Shown: in pieces, positions 45,607-55,196 of the stretch
Numbering within the stretch: position 1 is the stretch's first letter
Layout: each line of letters begins with the position of its first letter
Source of the DNA: an uncultured Nitrospiraceae bacterium
Lineage (GTDB): Bacteria > Nitrospirota > Thermodesulfovibrionia > Thermodesulfovibrionales > UBA6898
Length of the DNA stretch: 64,000 nucleotides
Assembly: GCA_963811165.1 (NCBI GenBank)
Contig: CAWEQH010000004.1
Location: forward strand, 815,070-879,069
Direction of reading: 5' to 3'
Notes under the pieces: model-generated
The model's database searches: none
The model's input: the letters and a program-made list of their open reading frames with translations, nothing else
Told to the model about the DNA's origin: nothing
Position numbers and translations under genes: made by a program

Positions 45607-46845
45607 TTATATGCCTTTTGCTTCATAGATCGGGCGGACTCTCTCTCTCAGCCCGTCGAGTTTGCCGGCAAAAAAAAGCGACCCTGAAATCGCGCAGATC
45701 CCTGCCGCCAGGACTGTGTGCGGTGCGCCGATTTTACTTGCCAGCCAGCCGGCAAATAAACTCCCGAAGGGCGTCGTGCCCATAAAAGCCAGTGTAAAAA
45801 GGCTCATAACCCTGCCCCTCTTGTCATCATCGACGATTGTCTGCAAAATAGTATTGCATGCCGCCATCTGAACCATAATTCCAAAACCAATGAAAATCAT
45901 CATCAGCATCGAAAGCCAAAGATGCCTCGAAAAGGAAAAGGCAATCACTCCGAAGCCGAAGACTAACGCTGCGGTAACGATCACTCTTCCGAGGCCCCTT
46001 ACATTTCTCCGCGACGCCAGATACACGCTGCCGGTAAGTGCGCCGACACCCGAAAAACCCATAAGAAAGCCGAGGGTATTCGGCCCTCCATGCAAAATCT
46101 CCCCTGCAAATACGGGCATCAGGACTTGATACGATATTGCCGTGAGACTCATCAGCGCCAGAAGTGATAAAAGAGATCTGATAGGTGAAAAGCCGAAAGC
46201 GTATGCAAAACCTTCCTTTATTTCACCGAAGATCCTGGACCGATGCGATATACGTTCGCCCGGCTGCATTCTCATCGCAAGCAAGGCGCCCAATACCGCC
46301 AGATAACTGACCCCGTTGAGAAAAAAACAGGCCCCTTCGCCCATTACGGCAATCATTATTCCCGCTAGGGAAGGGCCAACCAGCCTTGCGCCGTTGACGA
46401 GCGACGAGTTTAATGCAATCGCGTTGCCCAGGTCCTCCCTCTGCTCGATCATCTCGATCACGAACGACTGGCGCGTAGGGATATCAAATGCAGTGATACA
46501 ACCCAGAAACGCGCTCAGAAACAGGATATGCCAAACCTCGATTCTTCCGGTCAAAACCAGAAACGAAAGAATGAGGGCCTGAAGCATTGCCAGCGACTGA
46601 ATAACAATCAGCTTGCGGAGGCGATTTCCCCTGTCTGCCAGCACCCCCGCCAGCGGCGTCATGACAAGGGACGGTATCTGGCTGAAAAAGCCTACAGTGC
46701 CCATAAGGACTGTAGACCTCGTCAGGCGGTAGACAAGCCAGCTCATTGCCAGGGTCTGCATCCAGGTCCCCACGAGAGAAACTCCCTGTCCTGCGAAGTA
46801 GAGCCGGTAATTTCTGTGCCGGAGTGCACGAAGAGTATGCCTCAC
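45607..46845 (-). CDS. MFS transporter (MFS_3/DHA3-like)
   Basis: RNYRLYF.GQ.VS..GTWMQ, GVLADR, NAIALNS, RGRVMS; about 12 TM. Confidence 0.9.
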   Translation of the reverse strand: MRHTLRALRHRNYRLYFAGQGVSLVGTWMQTLAMSWLVYRLTRSTVLMGTVGFFSQIPSLVMTPLAGVLADRGNRLRKLIVIQSLAMLQALILSFLVLTGRIEVWHILFLSAFLGCITAFDIPTRQSFVIEMIEQREDLGNAIALNSSLVNGARLVGPSLAGIMIAVMGEGACFFLNGVSYLAVLGALLAMRMQPGERISHRSRIFGEIKEGFAYAFGFSPIRSLLSLLALMSLTAISYQVLMPVFAGEILHGGPNTLGFLMGFSGVGALTGSVYLASRRNVRGLGRVIVTAALVFGFGVIAFSFSRHLWLSMLMMIFIGFGIMVQMAACNTILQTIVDDDKRGRVMSLFTLAFMGTTPFGSLFAGWLASKIGAPHTVLAAGICAISGSLFFAGKLDGLRERVRPIYEAKGI

Positions 46846-47486
46846 TGTCGACCCACCCCGCTTTCGGCTTTTCCCATTCCCGCACCCGCAAAAGAGACCA
46901 GCATCTCAATCAGGGTTTCGGAATCTGTTTCAAAGTTCTTCTTCAATGTCCCATATCCGGGGCTCGAGTTCATGCGTATGGCGCGGCCAAGCGCACCGAT
47001 CAGAAACTGATATCTCCAGAAGACTTCCTGTCCGGTCAGATCGGGGAGGGCTGCCCCGAGCAATTCGAGCATAATCTGGTTTGCCGGTTTCATATGCCGC
47101 AGCAATATCTTTTGTACGGTGTTGTCAGGCTCCGTGAATGCCCTTCCGATAAGGTTTGTAAAATCCGCCCAGCCCCTCTCTGATTCGCCCGCGCCGAAGA
47201 CCGGCTCGATATACGCCCGGAGAATCTCTGAAAGATCAGGTTTTATGTTCCGCTCTCCCGACCTGTTTCGTATCTCCTGCAATCTCTTGAGCCTGAACTC
47301 ATTTACAGGCCGCAATCTCCGCGCGATAACCGCCTCAAGCAACGCCTCTTTGGAGCCGAAGTGATAATTTACGAGGGCCAGATTCACTCCGGCACTCTCC
47401 GTTATCGCCCTCATCGATGAGGCATGGTATCCCGAGCGCGCGAAAAGGACTTCGGCAGCGTTGAGAATCTCTTCCTTGGTATCCAC
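46842..47486 (-). CDS. TetR/AcrR family regulator, PsrA-like
   Basis: ILNAAEVLFA..GY...SMRAIT..AGVNLALVNYHFGSKEAL HTH; GTG 47486 with GAGG RBS. Confidence 0.88.
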   Translation of the reverse strand: MDTKEEILNAAEVLFARSGYHASSMRAITESAGVNLALVNYHFGSKEALLEAVIARRLRPVNEFRLKRLQEIRNRSGERNIKPDLSEILRAYIEPVFGAGESERGWADFTNLIGRAFTEPDNTVQKILLRHMKPANQIMLELLGAALPDLTGQEVFWRYQFLIGALGRAIRMNSSPGYGTLKKNFETDSETLIEMLVSFAGAGMGKAESGVGRQ

Positions 47487-47508
47487 AAAAAACCTCTTAA
47501 ATGTTTGT

Positions 47509-47554
47509 TTTAAACGTACGTTTAAATATACCCGAGGGCACCTGTCCGTGTCAA
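47509..47554 (-). promoter_or_regulatory. Sigma70 promoter (TTGACA 47554-47549, TATATT 47530-47525) overlapped by perfect 18-bp palindrome TTTAAACGTACGTTTAAA (47509-47526), likely TetR operator
   Basis: Read directly; 18-nt spacer; palindrome overlaps the -10 and start-site region. Confidence 0.75.
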
Positions 47555-47672
47555 GAATGAATAGCTGGGTTTTCTTGGAAGGGGTGTGAAAACCGGTCGG
47601 GAATCCACTTTTTGTCAAAGACGCCTTTTACTCTTGCCGAAGGCCTATTGGGAAAAAAAGTGATTCCGCGCC

Positions 47673-48092
47673 TTAACTATCCTGTCGAGGGTTTTTCTCG
47701 GGCTTGCTTTCTGTCTCTAATGTCTGGAGGCTGTCCCAGAAGGACGCGGCCGGGGCTTTTTGGCCCGTAAGGGCCTTGAACCTGTGAGACGACGGTTTGT
47801 CCTGTGTCCTTTTGTATGCACTTTGCAAAGCGTAGCGCACCTGATACCGGTAAAGAGAAAGTTTCCGGTAACGCGGATAGAGCTCTTTAAAATTGGGGAG
47901 GGCCCTCAGCCTGTCACCCCAGGACATGATTATGTCTGTAGCTTGTTCGACCGGAATGCCTGTCTCGCGGCAGATAAGTCCGAACGAATAAGAGATATCA
48001 TGAATGCCCTTTTCCGATTTCGGCAAAATGTTCAGCAAAATCTTAAGGGCGTCCTGTGCCGCCCTTTTGTCTCCTTTATTAATATCGGCCAT
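47673..48092 (-). CDS. Hypothetical basic helical protein (weak PriCT-like pattern)
   Basis: About 139-aa ORF filling the intergenic space; no firm family. Confidence 0.5.
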   Translation of the reverse strand: MADINKGDKRAAQDALKILLNILPKSEKGIHDISYSFGLICRETGIPVEQATDIIMSWGDRLRALPNFKELYPRYRKLSLYRYQVRYALQSAYKRTQDKPSSHRFKALTGQKAPAASFWDSLQTLETESKPEKNPRQDS

Positions 48093-48316
48093 ACCCAATG
48101 TTCCCGTAGTTCTTTAATCATACAAGTGTTCCTTCAGGGAAGACAATATTTTTTTTGACGGTAGTTTATTATAGACATAAGGCAATTATGTCGGCAGGAG
48201 GATGAAGTTGGCCCTGCCGTTAGTATCTGCGCCTTTGCCTGCGCAACATATCCCCGTGTTATGGTTGACTTTTTGCGTGTAGATAGGTTTTAATATCTTT
48301 TCGGAGGTGAAATGAA

Positions 48317-48631
48317 ATGTATGCGGTAATCGAAACCGGAGGACAGCAGCATAAGGTCTCTCCCGGAGAAACACTAAGGGTACAGAAGATTGCAGGTACG
48401 GAGAAGGAAATCAGTATCGATAAGGTTCTATTGATATCGAAGGATGATGGTGTTCAGGTCGGGTCCCCGTTTGTGAAGAATGCGGCGGTCAAGGCCGAAG
48501 TGGTGGGCCATGGGAGGCATGCCAAGGTCATTGTGTATAAGCAGAAGCCGCGGAAGGGCTACAGGAAGCTAAACGGCCACCGGCAGGACTATACTGTTCT
48601 GAAAATTAAAGATATCGTCTTCGGAGGATAA
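48317..48631 (+). CDS. rplU: 50S ribosomal protein L21
   Basis: [31 protein letters not shown]. Confidence 0.97.
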   Translation: MYAVIETGGQQHKVSPGETLRVQKIAGTEKEISIDKVLLISKDDGVQVGSPFVKNAAVKAEVVGHGRHAKVIVYKQKPRKGYRKLNGHRQDYTVLKIKDIVFGG

Positions 48632-48632
48632 C

Positions 48633-48896
48633 ATGGCACATAAAAAGGGTGTGGGAAGTTCGAGGAACGGCCGCGACAGCAATTCGCAGCGACTCGGGGT
48701 AAAAAAGTTCGGCGGGCAGACCGTCAAGGCTGGAAACATTCTGGTCAGGCAGAGAGGGACCAAATTTCATCCGGGCAATAACGTAGGAAAAGGTTCCGAC
48801 GATACCCTTTTTGCTCTGGTAGATGGCGTCGTGAACTTCGAGAGAAAAGACAGGGACAGGTTGAAGATAAGCGTATATCCCCGGGCACAAGAATAG
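48633..48896 (+). CDS. rpmA: 50S ribosomal protein L27
   Basis: [26 protein letters not shown]. Confidence 0.98.
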   Translation: MAHKKGVGSSRNGRDSNSQRLGVKKFGGQTVKAGNILVRQRGTKFHPGNNVGKGSDDTLFALVDGVVNFERKDRDRLKISVYPRAQE

Positions 48897-48921
48897 TCAA
48901 AAAAACTATAAAACGTTTATG

Positions 48922-50017
<1,096 letters not shown>

Positions 50018-50315
50018 GTCAACTCCTCTTTCCTGACCTATTCCTTTTCTTTTCAGTTCCTTACGGGGCATCCCGGCATCATCAGGTCCGCAGCGGTCGT
50101 CGGACTGATATGCCTCGCGATTTCCTTCTACGCCCTCTATCATCTCGAAGAGACCTTTCATAAGGACCTCGACTATATTGAGGAATGAAGACGGTTTCGG
50201 CCGGATAACGCTAATTTAGTATTTCCTCAATTATGCCGCGGCCAACAATCGCTGCTTGAGCGAAGAAAACTTCTTCTTTTAAATCATTCCGGGAATTGCA
50301 AAATGCGGAGAAATA

Positions 50316-50348
50316 ATACTTGACAGATTTACTAGAGTATTTTAATTT
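50316..50348 (+). promoter_or_regulatory. IscR type-1-like operator (50316-50340) overlapping -35 TTGACA; -10 TAATTT at 17-nt spacing
   Basis: ATACTTGACAGATTTACTAGAGTAT matches ATASYYGACTRWWWYAGTCRRSTAT at 22 of 25 positions. Confidence 0.7.
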
Positions 50349-50354
50349 ATATAT

Positions 50355-50834
50355 GTGCTTAGATTGTCAACGAAAGGCCAGTACGGAGTGCGGGCGATGT
50401 ATGAGATCGCCAGGGGATACAGCCGCGGACCGATAACTATCAAGGAGATATCGGAGAGGCAGGATGTGTCGGTGGCGTATCTCGAACAGATACTCAACAC
50501 ACTGCGCAAGGCCGGTATCATTAACAGCGTCAAGGGACCGGGAGGCGGTTATGTGCTCAGCCGGGACCCCGACAGTATCAGCATTGGGGCGATCCTGAGG
50601 GAGCTCGAAGGACCCGTTGCGATCACCTCTTGCCTCGATCCCAAGGAAGGGTGCATGAGGGTCGAGGGCTGCGTGACCCATCTTCTTTGGAAGGCCCTCG
50701 GGGAAAACATCGAGGAGTTCCTCGATAAAATGACGCTCAGGGACCTCCTCAAGGGCAACCAGTTCATTGATCTGCAGAGCAATGCGGGAAGGAAAAAAAG
50801 CGGGAAAGGCACGGTGTCCAGTTTGACAAGATGA
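50355..50834 (+). CDS. iscR: Rrf2 family regulator, IscR-like
   Basis: LSTKGQYG, YLEQI, SVKGPGGGY; C-x6-C-x5-C-x2-H Fe-S ligands. Confidence 0.88.
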   Translation: MLRLSTKGQYGVRAMYEIARGYSRGPITIKEISERQDVSVAYLEQILNTLRKAGIINSVKGPGGGYVLSRDPDSISIGAILRELEGPVAITSCLDPKEGCMRVEGCVTHLLWKALGENIEEFLDKMTLRDLLKGNQFIDLQSNAGRKKSGKGTVSSLTR

Positions 50835-51082
50835 AATTTGTAGAGAACGTAAAACCCGATGTCACCTCGGACATCGTCTATATGATGTGTCCGATGCATC
50901 TTCTTAAGCTGGAGGAACAGATGAGGGAGCTTGAACAGGGGCAGATACTTGAGATCATGACCGACTATGACGGTGCGCTCGAGGACATCCCGGCCTGGTG
51001 CGATAAGACGGGCAACGAGTTTCTCGGTATGGAGGAGACCACTGATTTTTTTAAATTTTATATAAAGAAGCGTGCGAGGTGA
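50831..51082 (+). CDS. TusA/SirA family sulfur carrier
   Basis: MMCPMH (CPxP variant), GQILEIMTD...DIPAWC..TGNE. Confidence 0.8.
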   Translation: MKFVENVKPDVTSDIVYMMCPMHLLKLEEQMRELEQGQILEIMTDYDGALEDIPAWCDKTGNEFLGMEETTDFFKFYIKKRAR

Positions 51083-51084
51083 TT

Positions 51085-52287
51085 ATGAAAAAGATATATC
51101 TCGATCATGTGGCGACGAACCCCCTTCTTCCCGAAGTGTTCGACGCCATGCTGCCGTATTTCAAAGAGGAATTCGGCAACCCCTTAAGCGTCTATGAATA
51201 CGGGATGAGGGCCAAGACGGCGATAGAGGATTCGAGGGAAAAGGTGGCGGGTCTCATAAATGCAAAGCCCGCGGAAGTAATTTTTACGGCGAGCGGGGCC
51301 GAGGCGAACAACTTCGCCCTTCGGGGAATAGCCCTTGCGAAGCAGAACGAGGGAAAACACGTCCTCGTCTCAAGGATGGAACACCACTCGGTCCTTAACT
51401 CGGCCCGCTTTCTAGAGAAAAGCGGGTTCACCGTCACCTATCTCCCGGTGGACAAAAAGGGTTTCGTCGACCCCGAGACGGTAAAGAAAGCGATCACAAA
51501 GGAAACCGTAATGATATCCGTGACGCACGCCAGCAGCGAAGTCGGCACGATAGAACCGATAAAAGAGATCGTAAAGGTCGCAAAGGAGAAAAATATCGTG
51601 GTCCATACCGACGCGGTTGCAACCACCGGGAACATCCCCGTGGACGTCAAAGAGCTCGGGGTGGACCTTCTTAGCATGGCGGCCCATCAGTTCTATGGAC
51701 CAAAGGGCGCGGCCGCCCTTTATGTCAGACAAGGGATGCGTATCGTCCCGTTGATCTATGGCGGCATCCAGGAGTCCGGCAGAAGGGCGGGCACTGAGAA
51801 CGTCCCCGCCATCGTCGGCATGGGAAAGGCGGCTGAAATTGCCAGGGCGGAATTAACGAAGAGGATGGAATACGTAAGGCCCTTGAGGGACCGGATAATT
51901 GATACGATGGCAGGGGTGGACCGGGTATATCTTACGGGCGACAGGGAAAAGAGGCTTCCCGGCCATGCGAGCTTCTGTGTCGAGTACATAGAGGGCGAGG
52001 CGATGCTCCTCCTTCTTGCGGCTAAAGGCATTTTTTCGGCAAGCGGCTCGGCATGTTCGTCAAAGGCCCTGAAAGCGTCGCCGGTCCTGCTTTCGATGGG
52101 TATTTCCTCAAGCCTTGCCCAGGGCTCGATCGTATTTACTCTTGGGATGGGCAACACGGGCGAGGACATTGATTATGTGGTAAACGAATTCCCGGCGGTG
52201 ATCAAGAGACTGAGAGAAATCTCCCCTTATGCGCAGGGTTGGGGAGACAGAGAGGAAGGTGGAGAACAATGTACAGTGAAAGAGTAA
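51085..52287 (+). CDS. iscS: Cysteine desulfurase (IscS/NifS group I)
   Basis: YLDHVAT, FGNP, EHHSV, HTDAV, RAGTENV, SGSACSS; PLP-Lys motif reads AAHQFYGPKG instead of the usual HKFYGPKG. Confidence 0.9.
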   Translation: MKKIYLDHVATNPLLPEVFDAMLPYFKEEFGNPLSVYEYGMRAKTAIEDSREKVAGLINAKPAEVIFTASGAEANNFALRGIALAKQNEGKHVLVSRMEHHSVLNSARFLEKSGFTVTYLPVDKKGFVDPETVKKAITKETVMISVTHASSEVGTIEPIKEIVKVAKEKNIVVHTDAVATTGNIPVDVKELGVDLLSMAAHQFYGPKGAAALYVRQGMRIVPLIYGGIQESGRRAGTENVPAIVGMGKAAEIARAELTKRMEYVRPLRDRIIDTMAGVDRVYLTGDREKRLPGHASFCVEYIEGEAMLLLLAAKGIFSASGSACSSKALKASPVLLSMGISSSLAQGSIVFTLGMGNTGEDIDYVVNEFPAVIKRLREISPYAQGWGDREEGGEQCTVKE

Positions 52288-52637
52288 TGGACCATTTTAC
52301 GAACCCCCGGAACGTGGGGGATATGGAAGACGCTGACGGCGTAGGCATCGAAGGCAACCCGACTTGCGGAGACGCGATGAAGATCTTTATCAAGGTGAGG
52401 GACGGGAAGATCGTGGACGCGAAGTTCAAGACCTTCGGCTGCGGTGCGGCGATTGCGGTCAGCAGCATGGTGACGGAGATGGTAAAGGGAAAGACGCTCG
52501 ATGAGGCGCTTGCGATATCGAAAGAGGCGGTCGCGGCTGAGCTCGGCGGACTTCCTCCCCAGAAGATGCACTGCTCCAACTTGGGCGCCGACGCGCTCAA
52601 AAAGGCGATTGAGGACTACAGAAGCAAACAGAAGTAA
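52269..52637 (+). CDS. iscU: Fe-S cluster scaffold IscU/NifU-N
   Basis: MYSERVMDHFTNPRNVG, GNPTCGD, FGCGAAIA, KMHCSNL. Confidence 0.95.
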   Translation: MYSERVMDHFTNPRNVGDMEDADGVGIEGNPTCGDAMKIFIKVRDGKIVDAKFKTFGCGAAIAVSSMVTEMVKGKTLDEALAISKEAVAAELGGLPPQKMHCSNLGADALKKAIEDYRSKQK

Positions 52638-52952
52638 CCCCGCCTAAAGAGCTTCGACCTCATGAGGGAGCGGGACTTTCCACGGTAAATACGGCTTGAG
52701 GGAGGAACCCCGCCCCCTCAGCGCGACTGCTCTTTTCTGAATTGAATTCTCATTGGCGTGTGTTTATTTGTAGCGGACCTGCAGCCGCGGGCCGCTTCCT
52801 GTCCCTTGCGGCCTCTGCCTTAAAATGTCGATTTTCGGTTCGAATTGACTGTATTCTCATTGGGTGATAGTATTTTTTGAGGACGAGAACAAGGCTTTTC
52901 GTTTGGAAATCGAGGGTGGGGTAGGGCCATGTTCTGTTGACAAAGGGCGAAA

Positions 52953-55148
52953 GTGGGTTATTCAGGTAAGCAAAAAGTATGGCATCGGGGCGGTCTCTCT
53001 TATCTCCTGCCGGTCGTCGCCTGGGGCGGTCTGACCGTTCTCTTCCTATTTTATATCTTTCGTTACGTCGATCTAAGGCCGCGGGTGGATGAAAACTTTT
53101 TTTTCTCAAGCGGTGACCCCCAGGTACAGACCGACAGGTTGATCTCCAAAATCTTCCTGCAGACGCCGGAGCTTATCTTGAGCGCCAAGGGGAACATGCG
53201 CTCCCCTGATTATCTCAGGAAAATTCGTGAGTTGAGCAACGAACTCGCAGCGATTTCCGGGATAGACTCGGTCCAGTCCCTGACACGCGGCCCCCGGAAC
53301 ACGGTCGACGCCCTGGAGAGCCCTCTTTGGAAACGGGTGCTCTTTTCCGAAGACCATAAGGCCACTTTTATCTATGTCTTTCTGAAAGAGAAGGCATCCG
53401 TTGAAGACGCCATTCTAAAGATTGAAAAAAGCAAGGAACGTTTCGACTCGCCTGATTTTCAACTCATGGTCTCAGGCGCTCCCTATATAGTCGAACTCAT
53501 CGAACGCAACCTCCTGCGTGACATGAAAGTGTTCACTGTCGCGGCCTTTTGCATTTTTGGACTCGCTGGTCTTTTGATCTCGCGTTCTGTTGCCATGGTC
53601 CTCGGAACCCTTATCGCGTGCACAAACGCCGGAGCCCTCACACTCATCCTGACGCATGCCTTCGGCATTCCCGTCGGACCGTTGACCGCTAACCTCTTTA
53701 CGATTGTCTTTGTCCTCACTCTGACGCACATGGTTTTTATGACCTTCAACTGGAAGCATATTATTGAGAAAAAAGAGGCGAGCGTTGAAAAGTCCTGGTG
53801 GCTTGCGGTCCGGGTAACTCTGCTTCCCTCTTTTTGGAGCATGCTCACCGCGCTCTTGGGTTTTCTCAGTCTCCTTCTTGTTCCGGCGACGCCGCTTCGT
53901 CAACTGGGACTGTCCGGAGCGATGGGGACTGTGATTGCCTTCGCATCTGCTTATGTCATCTATCCTTTTTTCCTTAAGATCCAAACGCCGAGGCTCCCCA
54001 CACGGGAGAAGGCGCTCCGCGAATCAACGGACATTCACCATTTTTTTAAGAAGAGGCATGGCCGTATTGTAGCGTCGATCCTTCTCGCCGCTGCCGCGGC
54101 TTCAATAGGAATATTGAAGCTGGACACTGAACCAAGCCTGTTTGAGTATTTCAAGAAAGGGAGTGAGCTGAGAAAAAATCTGGAATACATCGACGAAAAC
54201 GGGGGAAGCAATCCGCTTAATATTGTCTTGTCGGACCCGAACAAGGTTCCTTTAAAGATCGAGGAGGCCTACCCGAGGCTGTGGCGCCTTCAGAATGCCC
54301 TGGAACGTGATCCTTCTGTCGGGAGCGTTGTGTCGTTGACACTTTTTCTGGCCGAAGCGAAACGTCCCGTCCTCGCATCCTTTATTCCGGTTAACTGGAT
54401 GCTAAAACTTCTGGAAAGCCCTATCCTCGGGAAGGTCGCAAAATACTACATAACAAAAGACCGAACAAAAACCCTCTTTCTGTTGAGGATGAAAGAAAGT
54501 TATCACCAGACAGATCATTTGGCGAACGTGGAACGCCTGAAAACAGTTGTCCGGAAAGAAGGATTTGACCCCGTGCTCGTCGGCGGCACCTACCTTTTGT
54601 ATGGGAAACTTTCGAAGCTCGTGGCGTCGAGTCTCATTGAGGGACTGACGCTCCTGATTTTGCTGTTTGTGGTTATGGGAGGGATCATCTCCCGCTCGTT
54701 TCGGGTGATTGGGGCGATGGTAATCAGTTTGGGCATTATCCCTCTTCTGATGCTTGGCATCATGGGCCATTTCCGCGTCCCCATCGACATTATCTCAGCA
54801 CCCGCAGCCAACATCGCAATCGGCATCGGCGTCGATGCCATGATCCACGTGCTCATTTGGGTACGGCGGCACCCGGCTGGGAGCATGCTCTCCCGGGAGG
54901 CTTGGGACGGCGTCTGTTCGAGGTTGTGGAAACCTATTTTATATTCCATGAGCGTCGTCTCCGCTGGCTTTGGAATATTCATCTTGTCCGGTTTTCCTCC
55001 TACCCAGCGGTTCGGTATCTCGGTAGTTCTGGGCACGCTTCTGTCGCCGCTGCCCGCGCTTCTTCTCTTGCCCTGGTTCGCTACCGCCGGGATTCCCGAA
55101 GGAACTATAGGTATCATCAAGCGACAAAAAGGAAGGGCTATCCCATGA
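52953..55148 (+). CDS. MMPL/RND-superfamily exporter
   Basis: Two repeats of TM + periplasmic loop + 5 TM; GIGVDAMIH; start uncertain. Confidence 0.8.
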   Translation: MGYSGKQKVWHRGGLSYLLPVVAWGGLTVLFLFYIFRYVDLRPRVDENFFFSSGDPQVQTDRLISKIFLQTPELILSAKGNMRSPDYLRKIRELSNELAAISGIDSVQSLTRGPRNTVDALESPLWKRVLFSEDHKATFIYVFLKEKASVEDAILKIEKSKERFDSPDFQLMVSGAPYIVELIERNLLRDMKVFTVAAFCIFGLAGLLISRSVAMVLGTLIACTNAGALTLILTHAFGIPVGPLTANLFTIVFVLTLTHMVFMTFNWKHIIEKKEASVEKSWWLAVRVTLLPSFWSMLTALLGFLSLLLVPATPLRQLGLSGAMGTVIAFASAYVIYPFFLKIQTPRLPTREKALRESTDIHHFFKKRHGRIVASILLAAAAASIGILKLDTEPSLFEYFKKGSELRKNLEYIDENGGSNPLNIVLSDPNKVPLKIEEAYPRLWRLQNALERDPSVGSVVSLTLFLAEAKRPVLASFIPVNWMLKLLESPILGKVAKYYITKDRTKTLFLLRMKESYHQTDHLANVERLKTVVRKEGFDPVLVGGTYLLYGKLSKLVASSLIEGLTLLILLFVVMGGIISRSFRVIGAMVISLGIIPLLMLGIMGHFRVPIDIISAPAANIAIGIGVDAMIHVLIWVRRHPAGSMLSREAWDGVCSRLWKPILYSMSVVSAGFGIFILSGFPPTQRFGISVVLGTLLSPLPALLLLPWFATAGIPEGTIGIIKRQKGRAIP

Positions 55149-55196
55149 GAAGATGCGACGCACGGGCAGGAGGGAGTAGCCGTTGGATGGGCGCTC

